NCBI RefSeq assembly: GCF_006345805.1
Contig: NC_042998.1
Coordinates: 172,422,001-172,486,000, forward strand
DNA: 64,000 bases
Direction of reading: 5' to 3'
DNA from: Octopus sinensis
Taxonomy: Eukaryota
A program made the position numbers and the translations under genes. The notes under the pieces are model-generated. The model was not told where the DNA came from. It worked only from the letters and a program-made list of their open reading frames with translations, and did no database searches. Within the stretch, counting starts at the first letter, position 1, and every line of letters starts with the position of its first letter. Positions 1-10,619 of the stretch are shown piece by piece.

Positions 1-7
1 TTAAAAA

Positions 8-130
8 AGGACATCATCATCATTTAATGTCTGCTTCCCATGCTGGCATGGGATGGATGGTTTGACTGAAGACTGGCAAGCCAGGCGGCTGCACCAGGCT
101 CCAATCTGATCTGGCAAGGTTTCTACAGGA
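8..130. mobile_element. SINE-like interspersed repeat, family C (fragment)
   Basis: 'tttaatgtctgcttcccatgctggcatggg...ctccaatctgatctggcaaggtttctaca' matches the second copy at 30199-30436; both follow (ATC)n. Confidence 0.6.
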
Positions 131-398
131 TGTACATTATGATTATGTTGGAATTGAATGTGGAAAAAAAAATGGTGGGTGCACATTTACATAGTGATAC
201 ACATATATCTACAAAATGAAACTTGATATTTTGAAAAATATTGTGAAGTGTGTTCATATGGATGTATGCGCATCCACCTATTTTTTTTTTGTTGTTTTTA
301 ATTACATTCCTATATATTCATAAACTACACCATCTGAAAGTTATTTGAATAAAACTTAATAGAAAAACATCCGTTTTTCTGAAAGTCATGAAGGTATA

Positions 399-793
399 GG
401 TGCAGGCAAGTGGCTGTGTGACAAGTAGCATGCTTCCCAGCCACATGGTTCTGGGTTCAGTTCCGCTGTGTGGCACCTTGGGCAAATGTCTTCTACTATA
501 GTTGAGAGCCAACCAAAGTGAGTGGATTTGGTAGACAGAAACTGAAAGAAGCCTGGTTGTATATATGTGTGTGTCTTTGTGTCTATGTTTGTTTCCCCAT
601 CACCGTTTGACAACCAGTGTTGGTACGTTTATGCCTCCATTACTTAGTGGTTCGGCAAAAGAGACTGACAGAATAAGTAGTACTAGGCTTAAGAAATAAG
701 TCCTGGGGTCGATTTGTTCGACTAAAAACCCTTCAAGGCAGTGCTCCAGCATGGCTGCAGTCCAAATGACCAAATTGAGTAAAAGAATAAAAG
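399..793 (+). mobile_element. tRNA-derived CORE-like SINE, family A
   Basis: tRNA-like head (gtggctgtgtg...gggttcagttcc), CORE-like 'accttgggcaaatgtctt', internal (TG)n, tail 'gtcgatttgttcgactaaa...gctccagcatggc'; several more copies in the window. Confidence 0.85.
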
Positions 794-913
794 TTGTTGG
801 CTGTGTGTGTGTGGACTTCTGAAGGTATGCCTGAAAGTGTAACTCTGTAAAATTTCATTAACAAAAACATGCCTTTTAAAGAAAATGAGTAAGCTTAAGT
901 AGGGTAGGACACA

Positions 914-2283
914 AAATTTTTTTTCCCACAAGAGTTCCGGACCCCAGTTATGAACTCATTTGCATACAGCCAATTAGAGCTCTATCAAACTAATTTATGA
1001 GCGCATAACAAGTGATGGGTGATAAGATAAGGTCACTTGTATTGTCCCCCTTTGTAAGCCCTTTATGGGTAATTAAGAATAAAAGATAAGGACATTTGGG
1101 TAAGGAATGACCATGCTTCTTTTCTCTATTAATAATGCTTGTTGTTCTTGTTCTTCTTTCAACCATGGCTGCTTCTCCTTAGTTATTTGTGTTGTTTACT
1201 TTGTAAAGCAGTAAGGGGAGAAGGTGGCTAGCACATCACCCTCTACCAACATTTTTCCCATCCACATCTTTACCACATGGGGCTCTAACAAAATCCAATA
1301 ATAGGTATAGATGTAATTCTATCTAATTACTTGTCTCCTTCTACAATCAGGCATAACTTGGCAATCGGTTGACTTACAACACCGTTCTTCATCTTGAGTT
1401 TACATGGTAGAGTGTTTTACCAAGAGAGTGGTTGTTTTTAGCACATTCATGAATGTTATGTTGGGCTTTGCATCTAGGCATAATCTAAGAGCTGAATGGC
1501 ACCTTTCTTTTCACACTTTTCAAATAGTCCTTCAATGGTCTGCCAGCACCAATGCAGTTTCTGCCACCACCAACCATCTTTCTCCTGAATGCTGCAGTTG
1601 GTTGCACACCAACTGTCTTCATACTGACCAGAGATTTTCGTTTGTGGGAAGAAAACTTTTATTCTAGAGATATTTGTTTTTTCTTGCCAAGAGCATTTGC
1701 CACACCAGAGTACCAACCAAAGCAGTGAAGCATGAAAGCTAACACAGTATCTGCTCCAGAAGTTGCTTGGTGAATGTTTCACTGATTCCTCAACGAATTC
1801 TTTGTCTTGAACATAACATTGTTGTAAAGCAAGAAAAGCTATGTTTAGCCCATTGATTATTGGGTCACTTCCATCCTCAGCACTTGATTTTGATGTGCAA
1901 CTGCGTGTACCAAAATTTTATCGTGTTTCAAATTGGTTTTGAAGAGAGCAGTGTAAAATTTCTAGCCATGGATTTGTCACATCATCGTGTTTGCTATCCA
2001 AAATTTTTATATCCTCACAGTCAGTTCCTTCACTTTCATTTTTCTGATCATTCGACTCCATGCAGTCATCGTCACGGTCAGCACAATGCCAGCATATGTG
2101 TTCAGTATCGATGATATTGGCATCTGCATGAGATCACAATACAAGATTCGCATGGCAATCGGACGTTGCTATTTTGAATGCCAACTTTTGTTAACTTGGC
2201 AACAAGGTCAAATTGAGCTCTGATTGGCTGTATGCAAATGAGTTCATTACTGGGGTCCTGAACTCTTGTGGAAAAAGAAATTT
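914..2283 (-). mobile_element. Internally deleted DNA transposon with ~69-bp terminal inverted repeats (MULE-like, tentative)
   Basis: 914-982 is the reverse complement of 2215-2283 with few mismatches. The interior minus strand gives broken peptides AFKIATSD..., MLHCFGWYSG..., VGVQPTAAFRRKMVGGGRNCIGAGRP..., KAQHNIHECAKNNHSLGKT, recalled as the C-terminus of SWIM/MULE-type transposase-like proteins. No TSD found. Confidence 0.55.
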
Positions 2284-3054
2284 CGCAGGCGGGACATCAA
2301 ACTCTTCTGATGCTGATGCTCATAGTTAAACAGCAAAACAACAATAGCAACAACATCGTACGAAGGGTGATGTAATCCATTTTAGCATAACGGTTACATT
2401 AAAGAGTTAACGTATTAGGACAATGGTTTTCTTTGGTGGTTTATTTGAGAGCGCGAAACACAAGTATGTCATAATCAATGAATGTGGAGCAAGATTACAA
2501 ATGATCAGTTTTAAGATTAATGATTGCTAATGAATTATTTGCACAAGATCACTCGATTTATTTGAAACTAGATATAAAGAATGGTTAAGAATAATAGCTA
2601 TAATTAGTGCCAATTAAATAGCTATTATTTAAATAATCTGAAAACTGACAATGACAGCCAGTTACATTCTTCACCTTATTTGCTAGGACAGTTATTTTTG
2701 ATTGTTCATTCATAATTCAGTCCATTCATTCATTCATTCAATCTCCATCTGTCTGCCTGTCTGTCTGTACCTGCCTGTCTGCCTGCCTGTCTATCTGTCA
2801 CTCTCTCTCCCTCCTTCACTGTAAAGGATTAAGCTGTATGACAGTTTGAAAGTTATTTTGCTTTGTACTTAAATATATTTCACTTACTTTTCATTTGCCT
2901 TTCCCACTCCCGTCTACACAACTATATTAATAAGATATTTTAAGGTGGTGGAGAGTGTGTGTGTGTGTGTGGGAGGGGGGCGTGTGAAGATGTAGGGAGT
3001 TCAGCAAGCAAAAAAGGGTTAATTTATCCAAGCCTAAACTGCAAACGTAATATA

Positions 3055-3620
3055 TTGGATTGTCCAGAAAGTTCATGCCAATTTTTAAAGGAAAGAAAAA
3101 GGTCAATAAATACTTGCCATTACATTTTTAATCAACTAAATATGAACCATTTTGTTGCACAATGTGTCCCCATCTTTCCTTTAACTTGAAAATACCCTCT
3201 TCCCAGAATTGAGGTGGTTTTATGGCAAAGAATTCATCAAGGTATCATTTTACATCATTCAAGGAATTGAAATTTTTATCATTAACACTATTCTGCAGAG
3301 ACCTGAATAAGTGGAAATCCGAAGGAGCAATATCTGGTGAATATGGAGGGTGGGGTAACACATCCCAACCGAGCTGCAGCAATTTTTGTCTGGTTCCCAA
3401 AGCATCAAGTGCCGAAAATGAACTTTCTTATCTTCCATTTTAAAGGGTTACAAAATTAACACAGGTTATAGGAACATAAACCTTTTTCCACAAAAAGATA
3501 GCTTAAACTGTGCTCTAAATGGCGGTGTAGTCAAATCCTATTTTATGGACTCAACCATGTTTTAAAATAAGTTGAAAGGTAAGCTACTATGAATCGGCAC
3601 AAACTTTCTGGACAACCCAA
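3055..3620 (-). mobile_element. Internally deleted mariner element
   Basis: TIRs ttggattgtccagaaagtt / aaactttctggacaacccaa flanked by TA (3053-54, 3621-22). Minus strand: MEDKKVHFRHLMLW (ATG 3438) joined out of frame to TRQKLLQLGWDVLPHPPYSPDIAPSDFHLFRSL...VQQNGSYLVD* (stop 3128-3130). Confidence 0.92.
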
Positions 3621-4211
3621 TACTTACTTGCGTCTGAATAACGTGGTGACTAAATGCGACAGTCATAAATATCCTCCCACCACTAATTTCTTCATTTTTA
3701 ACTTTGTTCAGAATTTTTTTTTTTTCCAAATTTGCAGAAAAATATGGAGATTATGATTCTGAAAAAGATTTCCTAAAATTTTTGCAAAATTCTTTTGGGC
3801 AAAATATATAGAAAAATATGGAAATTATGATTCCATAATTTTAGGGTTAGCGTTAGAGAAAAAAGTGAAAAATTAAGAAATTGTCAGGGAGTAAGGCGGG
3901 GGACAAAAAATTCAAAATTCCGATTTCTTGCCATTTTTGGTATCTCCTTATCCGAAAACGTGGGTTTTTAGCAAAAAATTTTTTTAAAAAAACAATTATT
4001 TGCAAGGAAATGGGTGGGGGAGGAAGTCTTTCCTATATTGATTTTTTTTACGGAATCCCACGTCTTTGCTTATGGAGGATCCAATTCTGAAAAAAAAATT
4101 TTCAAAAATCATATTTTCAAAATTTCAATCCCGCCCACCCTTTTCACTTTTATTGGATTTTTTTTGTAAAATTTCAACTTTTTAACCAAATAAAATAAAA
4201 AAAGAATATAC

Positions 4212-4338
4212 AGGCACAGGAGTGGTTGTGTGATAAGTAGCTTGCTTACGAAACAAATAGTCTACTATAGCCTCAGGCCGACCAAAGCCTTGTGAGTGGA
4301 TTTGGTAGACGGAAGCTGGAAGAAGCCCGTTGTATATG

Positions 4339-4389
<51 letters not shown>

Positions 4390-4830
4390 GTGTATGTTTG
4401 TGTGTCTGTATTTGTTCCGCCAGTATCGCTTGACAGCCGATGCTGGTGTGTTTACGACCCGTAAACTAGCGGTTCGGCAAAATAGACCGATTGAACAAGT
4501 ACTAGGCTTACAAATAAGCTCTGGGGTCGATTTGCTCGACTAAAGGTCACTTGGGTAAGGAATGACCATGCTTCTTTTCTCTATTAATAATGCTTGTTGT
4601 TCTTGTTCTTCTTTCAACCATGGCTGCTTCTGCTTAGTTATTTGTGTTGTTTACTTTGTAAAGCAGTAAGGGGAGAAGGTGGCTAGCACATCACCCTCGA
4701 CCTACATTTTTCCCATTCACATCTTTACCACATGGGGCTCTAACAAAATCCAATAATAGGTATAGATGTAATTCTATCTAATTACATGGCCACAGTCAAA
4801 TGACTGAAACAAGTTAAAAGAAAAAAAAAA
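4212..4830 (+). mobile_element. SINE family A copy carrying a 235-bp foreign insertion
   Basis: Same head, body and tail as 399-793; tail interrupted at 4545-4785 by a copy of 1096-1330. Confidence 0.85.
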
Positions 4831-5872
4831 AGAACCCTCAGGTCTTCAAGCAGGCTATCCACATGCTAGAAAAAACAGCCAAATCTCACAAAACTGCGAT
4901 AACAATAACATTTTGAAAATGAGATTTTTGAAATTTTTTTTTCAGAATCGGATCTTCCAAAACCAAAAACGTGGGATTACGTAAAAATAAAAATCAACAT
5001 ATATATATACTTTATACGCACTTTCTGACAAGTTGTAGTGCACCTGAACACTGTATACAATAATTTCATTATTATTATTATTCAATATATATCCATTTTA
5101 CCCGAATTTATGACGAAAAAATCGGATCTTGTGAATTTTCCGAAAGTCCCATTGCCACCCCTCAGGGTCGTCAGCGCACATTTGTTTTTCATATTCAGTT
5201 TCCACACACTTGTTTCTATACCCCAGGTTGGTTTATTATAATTTTTTTTCTTTTGTTCCGGGTGAATGTCTTTCGGCCTACCCCATTATAATATTAATAG
5301 CTCTACAATTTAGGGTGTGCTTCTCCTCCGGATATATGTATTTCTACAAACGATCCTATGTATGTATGTATGTGTGTGTGTATTATGTATGTATGTGTGT
5401 GTGTGTGTGTGCGTGTATATATATATGTATATAGCTGAAAAGGGGTTTGTTTTTTGTCTTTATTTGTGTTTATTGTTTTGTATTTTTTCAATTGTATTCT
5501 GTTTCGTCCATTTTTCTAATTTAATCTGTTTCTAAATTATGCCATGTTTATAAGTTATATATGACAATAAAAAGGTGAAAAGTAAAAATGGAGACAACAA
5601 GGAAGTATGTTTAAAGATTATTTAAACTTTTTTTTTTCTATCATCGTACGGAAGTATTGTTATATTTGTTACATTAAGAGACTTTTATAAAACATTCCCG
5701 GTTTCGATGTGTAAGTACATCTCATCAAAAATCCAAAGTGAAAAATTAGGGAAAAACTTAAAAAATAAAAATTAAGACAGCTTGTTCTCATATTCTGTGT
5801 GTAATTAAGAACATAATTAATATTTTCTGTTTTTGTAATATTAAACATACTTTTCCAAGATAAAACAATACT

Positions 5873-5874
<2 letters not shown>

Positions 5875-5912
<38 letters not shown>

Positions 5913-5935
5913 ACTTTCTCACTCACTCACTCACT
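5875..5935. repeat. (CT)n/(CACT)n microsatellite
   Basis: Direct reading. Confidence 0.95.
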
Positions 5936-6550
5936 TTAACTGTCTAACTTTTTTAGCTTATAAAATAAATTAGAAGAAACTGTTTACCTATTTTAGCTTT
6001 TCGGAAATCGAAATAAGTCATGAACAGTTAAATGCCGAGTTCGACCACGCTTCTACGATCATAACAAATAAAACAGGGTGTGTTGAAATGTGACGATGAA
6101 ATATTTATACTATGGAAGATCATTCGCAGTTGATCTAATTAAAAAGACTTTTTTGTGTGCCTGTAATAAATATAAGGATCTAAGCTTGTAATAAATATAA
6201 GGATCTATAAAGTTCAAAACCAAAATAAAGACAAACCAGAATGTGAGGAAAATAAAGATAGCCAAAGTCCGAGTATAGTAAGATCCAATTGACTAGCTCT
6301 GTCTTCTTTTTATATAGCAAGTGAAATCTCCAGAATCTGGCTTTCCTTACAAAAACAAAAGCTAAAGAGAAAACGAAAGCGGAACCTAAATAATTTATTG
6401 TTTAAGTCCGATATAAAACATCGTTAATTGTAATCAATATTAAATGTAACGATAAGCTCATGCGAAAATATTGAATTATGACCGAATTAACCCTCCATAC
6501 AATAATATACGTAGCATTAGATTGATCTTAAATTTGTGTGGATAGCTATT

Positions 6551-6600
6551 AGTCTGTCTGTCTCTCTCTCTCTCTGTCCCTCTCTCTCTCTGTCTCTGTC

Positions 6601-6672
<72 letters not shown>

Positions 6673-6681
6673 TATATATAT
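6551..6681. repeat. (CT/CTGT)n plus (TA)n microsatellite
   Basis: Direct reading. Confidence 0.95.
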
Positions 6682-6685
6682 TATT

Positions 6686-6881
6686 CTTTTACTTGTTTCA
6701 GTCATTTGACTGCGGCAGTGCTGGCGCACCGCCTTTAGTCGAGCAAATCGATCCCAGGACTTATTCTTTGTAAGCCTAGCACTTATTCTATTGGTCTGTT
6801 TTGCTGAATCGTTTCGTTACGGGAACGTAAGCTCACCAGCATCGGTTGTCAAGCGATGTTGGCGGGGATAAACACACAAAC

Positions 6882-6951
<70 letters not shown>

Positions 6952-7090
6952 CGGGCTTCTTTCAGTTACCGTCTACCAAATCCACTCACAAGGCTTTGAT
7001 CGGCCCGAGGCTATAGTAGAAGACACTTGCAGAGGGACGAACCCGGAACCATGTGGTTGGTAAGCAAGCTATTTACCACACAGCCACTCC
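6686..7090 (-). mobile_element. SINE family A
   Basis: Reverse complement of family A, with internal (CA)n and head ending 'ccacacagccactcct'. Confidence 0.88.
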
Positions 7091-7098
7091 TCTCTCTG

Positions 7099-7179
<81 letters not shown>

Positions 7180-7181
7180 TA

Positions 7182-7230
<49 letters not shown>

Positions 7231-7233
7231 ATA

Positions 7234-7670
7234 TCTATATATATAAACGGCAGTTTGTCTGTCTGTGTGTCTGTGTGTCTGTCAGGTTGTACCCTCACCC
7301 TGACCATGGCTTTCAACCGATTCTGATGAAACTTGACCCACACATAACCCAATGTCATAATTCAAAACTAACGCAGCGAAAATTTTGAAAAGTTCCCTCA
7401 GTTCTGAGAAAAATTGATAAATTCGACATGGGGTCGAGAATCTAAGCTTTTTATATGCAACACATTTTCTGTCTAGGGACACAACTCGACCTTTTTATCG
7501 TCCAAAGTAACAGCTAGGAACATGGTATACACAGAAGTATTCGAGTGAAGAGAAGACATTGCAACCTACACATGCGCCTTCGTTCCCTAGAGGGAAAGGA
7601 CTAGATTGGGATTAGTCGTTGCCTACTAGGGGCTCTTACATACCCGGGCAACGCCGGGCTATGCTGCTAG
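7234..7670 (+). mobile_element. Non-autonomous Helitron
   Basis: A|TC start (tctatatatataaacggcag...tgtctgtctg), 3' hairpin cccgg-gcaacg-ccggg (7643-7658), CTAG|T end at 7670. Confidence 0.85.
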
Positions 7671-7689
7671 TATATATATAAACAGCAAC

Positions 7690-10320
7690 AGAGGAGACCT
7701 ACGACAACAACAAAAACAAAATACAACCACATTTCACTTCCTACAATCAAACAACGAAGACAGAACTATGGGAAAACCATAACACCAAATAATATAAACA
7801 TGAACTATGTATCCTCTGACCAAGTGGTAAACCAAAGAGGCAACTCTTTTTTACTAACTTATCTAGAAAATATGAAAGCCGACCTAAGCCAGGAGATCCA
7901 ACGAGCTATCAGCAACCATTTATGCAAAACACAAGGAACACCTACCCACCACCAACTAGAAAATCATACACACACAGCTCCATACAAAAACTACCCTCAT
8001 TGCTACCTCTGAACAACATGAAACATAACTTAGAACAATGCGAGCATCAAACTACCCTTACTTCGACATTCCTGTTAAATGTACGTGGCATCAACCCATT
8101 ATTCATTGCCCAAAAATGGAAGATCCAATATATAGAGAGTTGACTTGCCGAAACGGCACATTGCTTCCCTTTCTTTATTCTTACTGAAACTCACCTAAAC
8201 AGCACACATATGGATGCCGAGGTGAAAATAAAAGATTTCACCATCGTCCATGCAGATCGCACAGACCGAAATAAAGGTGGGCGGGGGCAGCCATCTTTCT
8301 CCAAGACTCCTTTTCAGTTAATGCCAAGGACATATTTTCCAATGGCTATTGTGAATCTATATCAATATTCAACAAGGCCAAATACATAATCATTGTTGGT
8401 CTTTACAGGCCTCCCCAAGCACCTCTAAAGTGCTTTGAAGAGTGCCTCAACAAAATCAAGTCCTTCCTTTAAAAATACAATTACGGAAATGTACTAGTGA
8501 TGGGTGATTTTAACCTCTCTCATATAAACTGGCCCACAAATACTTTGAAGTTAGACAAATGCACTACATCAGATAAAGCAGCAGCAGCAGAATTACTCTT
8601 TAATCTAATAGATAAATTATTCCTGACTCATCGAGTGCTCGAACCAACAAGATAGAATAAAACGATCTTGGATCTAATATTAACCAACCACTGTAGCTCC
8701 ATTCACAGTATTTCAGTTGAAAAAACTCTCCTCTCAGATCACGACATGATACTCTGCAATTTTAATTACCGGCATATCAAAACCAAACCAGCCAATCCCA
8801 CTCTACGGTCCTCATTTGACAACAGAAACTTCCACAAAGCGGACTGGGGAGCAATCAGAACGGATCTGTCCTTCATCGACTGTTCTTTCACTCTCAGTTC
8901 CACTCACATTGAGACCGCATGGCAACACTTTGAGAATATTGTCACCTATTAATGCTTGAAACACGCTACTACGAAATCTACTAACACATAGAAAAACAGG
9001 CTCCATAGAAAGAAAAAATAGCACTCATCAGGTGCATCAAAAGACTCAATAAAAAATCAACCAATTAAAATACTCCCACATACAACATTCACATTCAACA
9101 ACAATGAAAAGGCTGGAGTTGGAAAAACTTCATTTGCAGACCGACATGAAAACCTCCATTGAAAATCAAAAAGCTGCGGAGGAATAGAGGGTCATCAAAA
9201 ACATCAAACAGAACCCAAAAGTGTTCTACTCTTATTCAAATAAGTATAGAACCACTGTCTCACCCATTGGACCATTGATCGATGATAACGGCATTCCCCA
9301 ACACGATGCTAAAGAAATGGCAGAAATACTGCAGAAACAATACTGCTCTATCTTTAGTGATCCCACTGATATTGACGTAAGAGAAGCGAACGAAGTTGAT
9401 TCCCAACATAAAATCTCGGACATTACCTTCACTGCCTCAGACATCATAGCAGCAATAAATGAGGTCAAATACTATTCTGCTGTATGCCCTGATAGATTCC
9501 CCGCTAGTCTCATGAAGGAATGTTGACACCAACTTGCAGTCCCTCTGACCAACCTCCGGAGAAATTCCTTTAGACTCAGGTTATATACCGAAACAGCTCC
9601 TATCCCAGTCTGTCATCCCGGTTTTCAAACAAGGAAACAGATCCCTCGCAGTCAACTATCGCCCAATCTCACTCACCTCCCACATCATCAAAGTGTTTGA
9701 AAGAGTGGTAAGATCAAGGATAGCTGACTTCCTGGAGACCCACAAACTCCTAAATGCAAATCAGCATGGCTTTCACCGTGGCAGGATCTGCCTAACACAG
9801 CTCTTACACCACATTGAAGATATATTTAAAGCTTTGGGAACAGGTTCGAACTCTGATGTCATATATCTTGACTTCAGTTAAGTGTTCGACAGGGTTGACC
9901 ATAATATCTTACTCTTAAAATTGGCAAATGTTGGAATCCGTGGAAAAGTTCTACACTGGATTAAGTATTTCCTGGCAAATAAAAAACAAGAACAAATAGA
10001 ACACTCGATGGAGTCCACTCAAGCCCAGCAAAAATCACCAGTAGCGTCCCTCAGGGGATTGTCTTGGACCCGCTCCTCTTTATAATTTACATAAATGACC
10101 TTTCCAGTGTCGTAAATCATCAATGAAGAGGAAGACTGAACTCAACTCCAGTCTGATCTATATGCTGTGAGTCAATGGGCAGACAAAAACAAAATGCAAC
10201 TGAACGAGGGAAAATTTGAGCTGATGCATTTTGGAAGAAAGTCTATACTAAAACAGCCATACACTCTTCCTTCTGGGGAATCGCCCACTGGGTGTAATTG
10301 TTGATAACAATCTCATAACC
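7690..10320 (+). mobile_element. Decayed CR1-clade LINE (APE endonuclease + RT)
   Basis: Broken ORF2 motifs: LLNVRGIN, LTETHL, YRPPQ, MGDFN, ILDLILTN, LSDHDMI, NYRPISLTSHIIKVFERVV, NQHGF, IYLDFS.VFDRVDH, FIIYINDL; many stops and frameshifts. Confidence 0.9.
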
Positions 10321-10520
10321 TGCCCATCGAGGCAAGGTATTGTAACGTAACGGTAAATAAATATTTCCTTAAAACTTCATGCATTCTTCATCTTTCACAT
10401 CATACAAAAATGCCGTTATAACAACAAATTTTTATCGTTACAACTGCTGACTCTGACATTTCATATTATGGTTTACTAATTAATCTTACCCGTTACAATT
10501 GGTAATTAAAACTTAACCGT

Positions 10521-10552
<32 letters not shown>

Positions 10553-10619
10553 ACACACACATATACACAAATTGAAGAAATTGGAATCAACAAGAAAGAG
10601 TACTGTTGGACAGTTATTT

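Noticed and set aside
10341-10498. TGTAACG...CGTTACA bounded segment suggesting a solo LTR
   Set aside because: Only ~160 bp, no TSD, no PBS or PPT, no second copy
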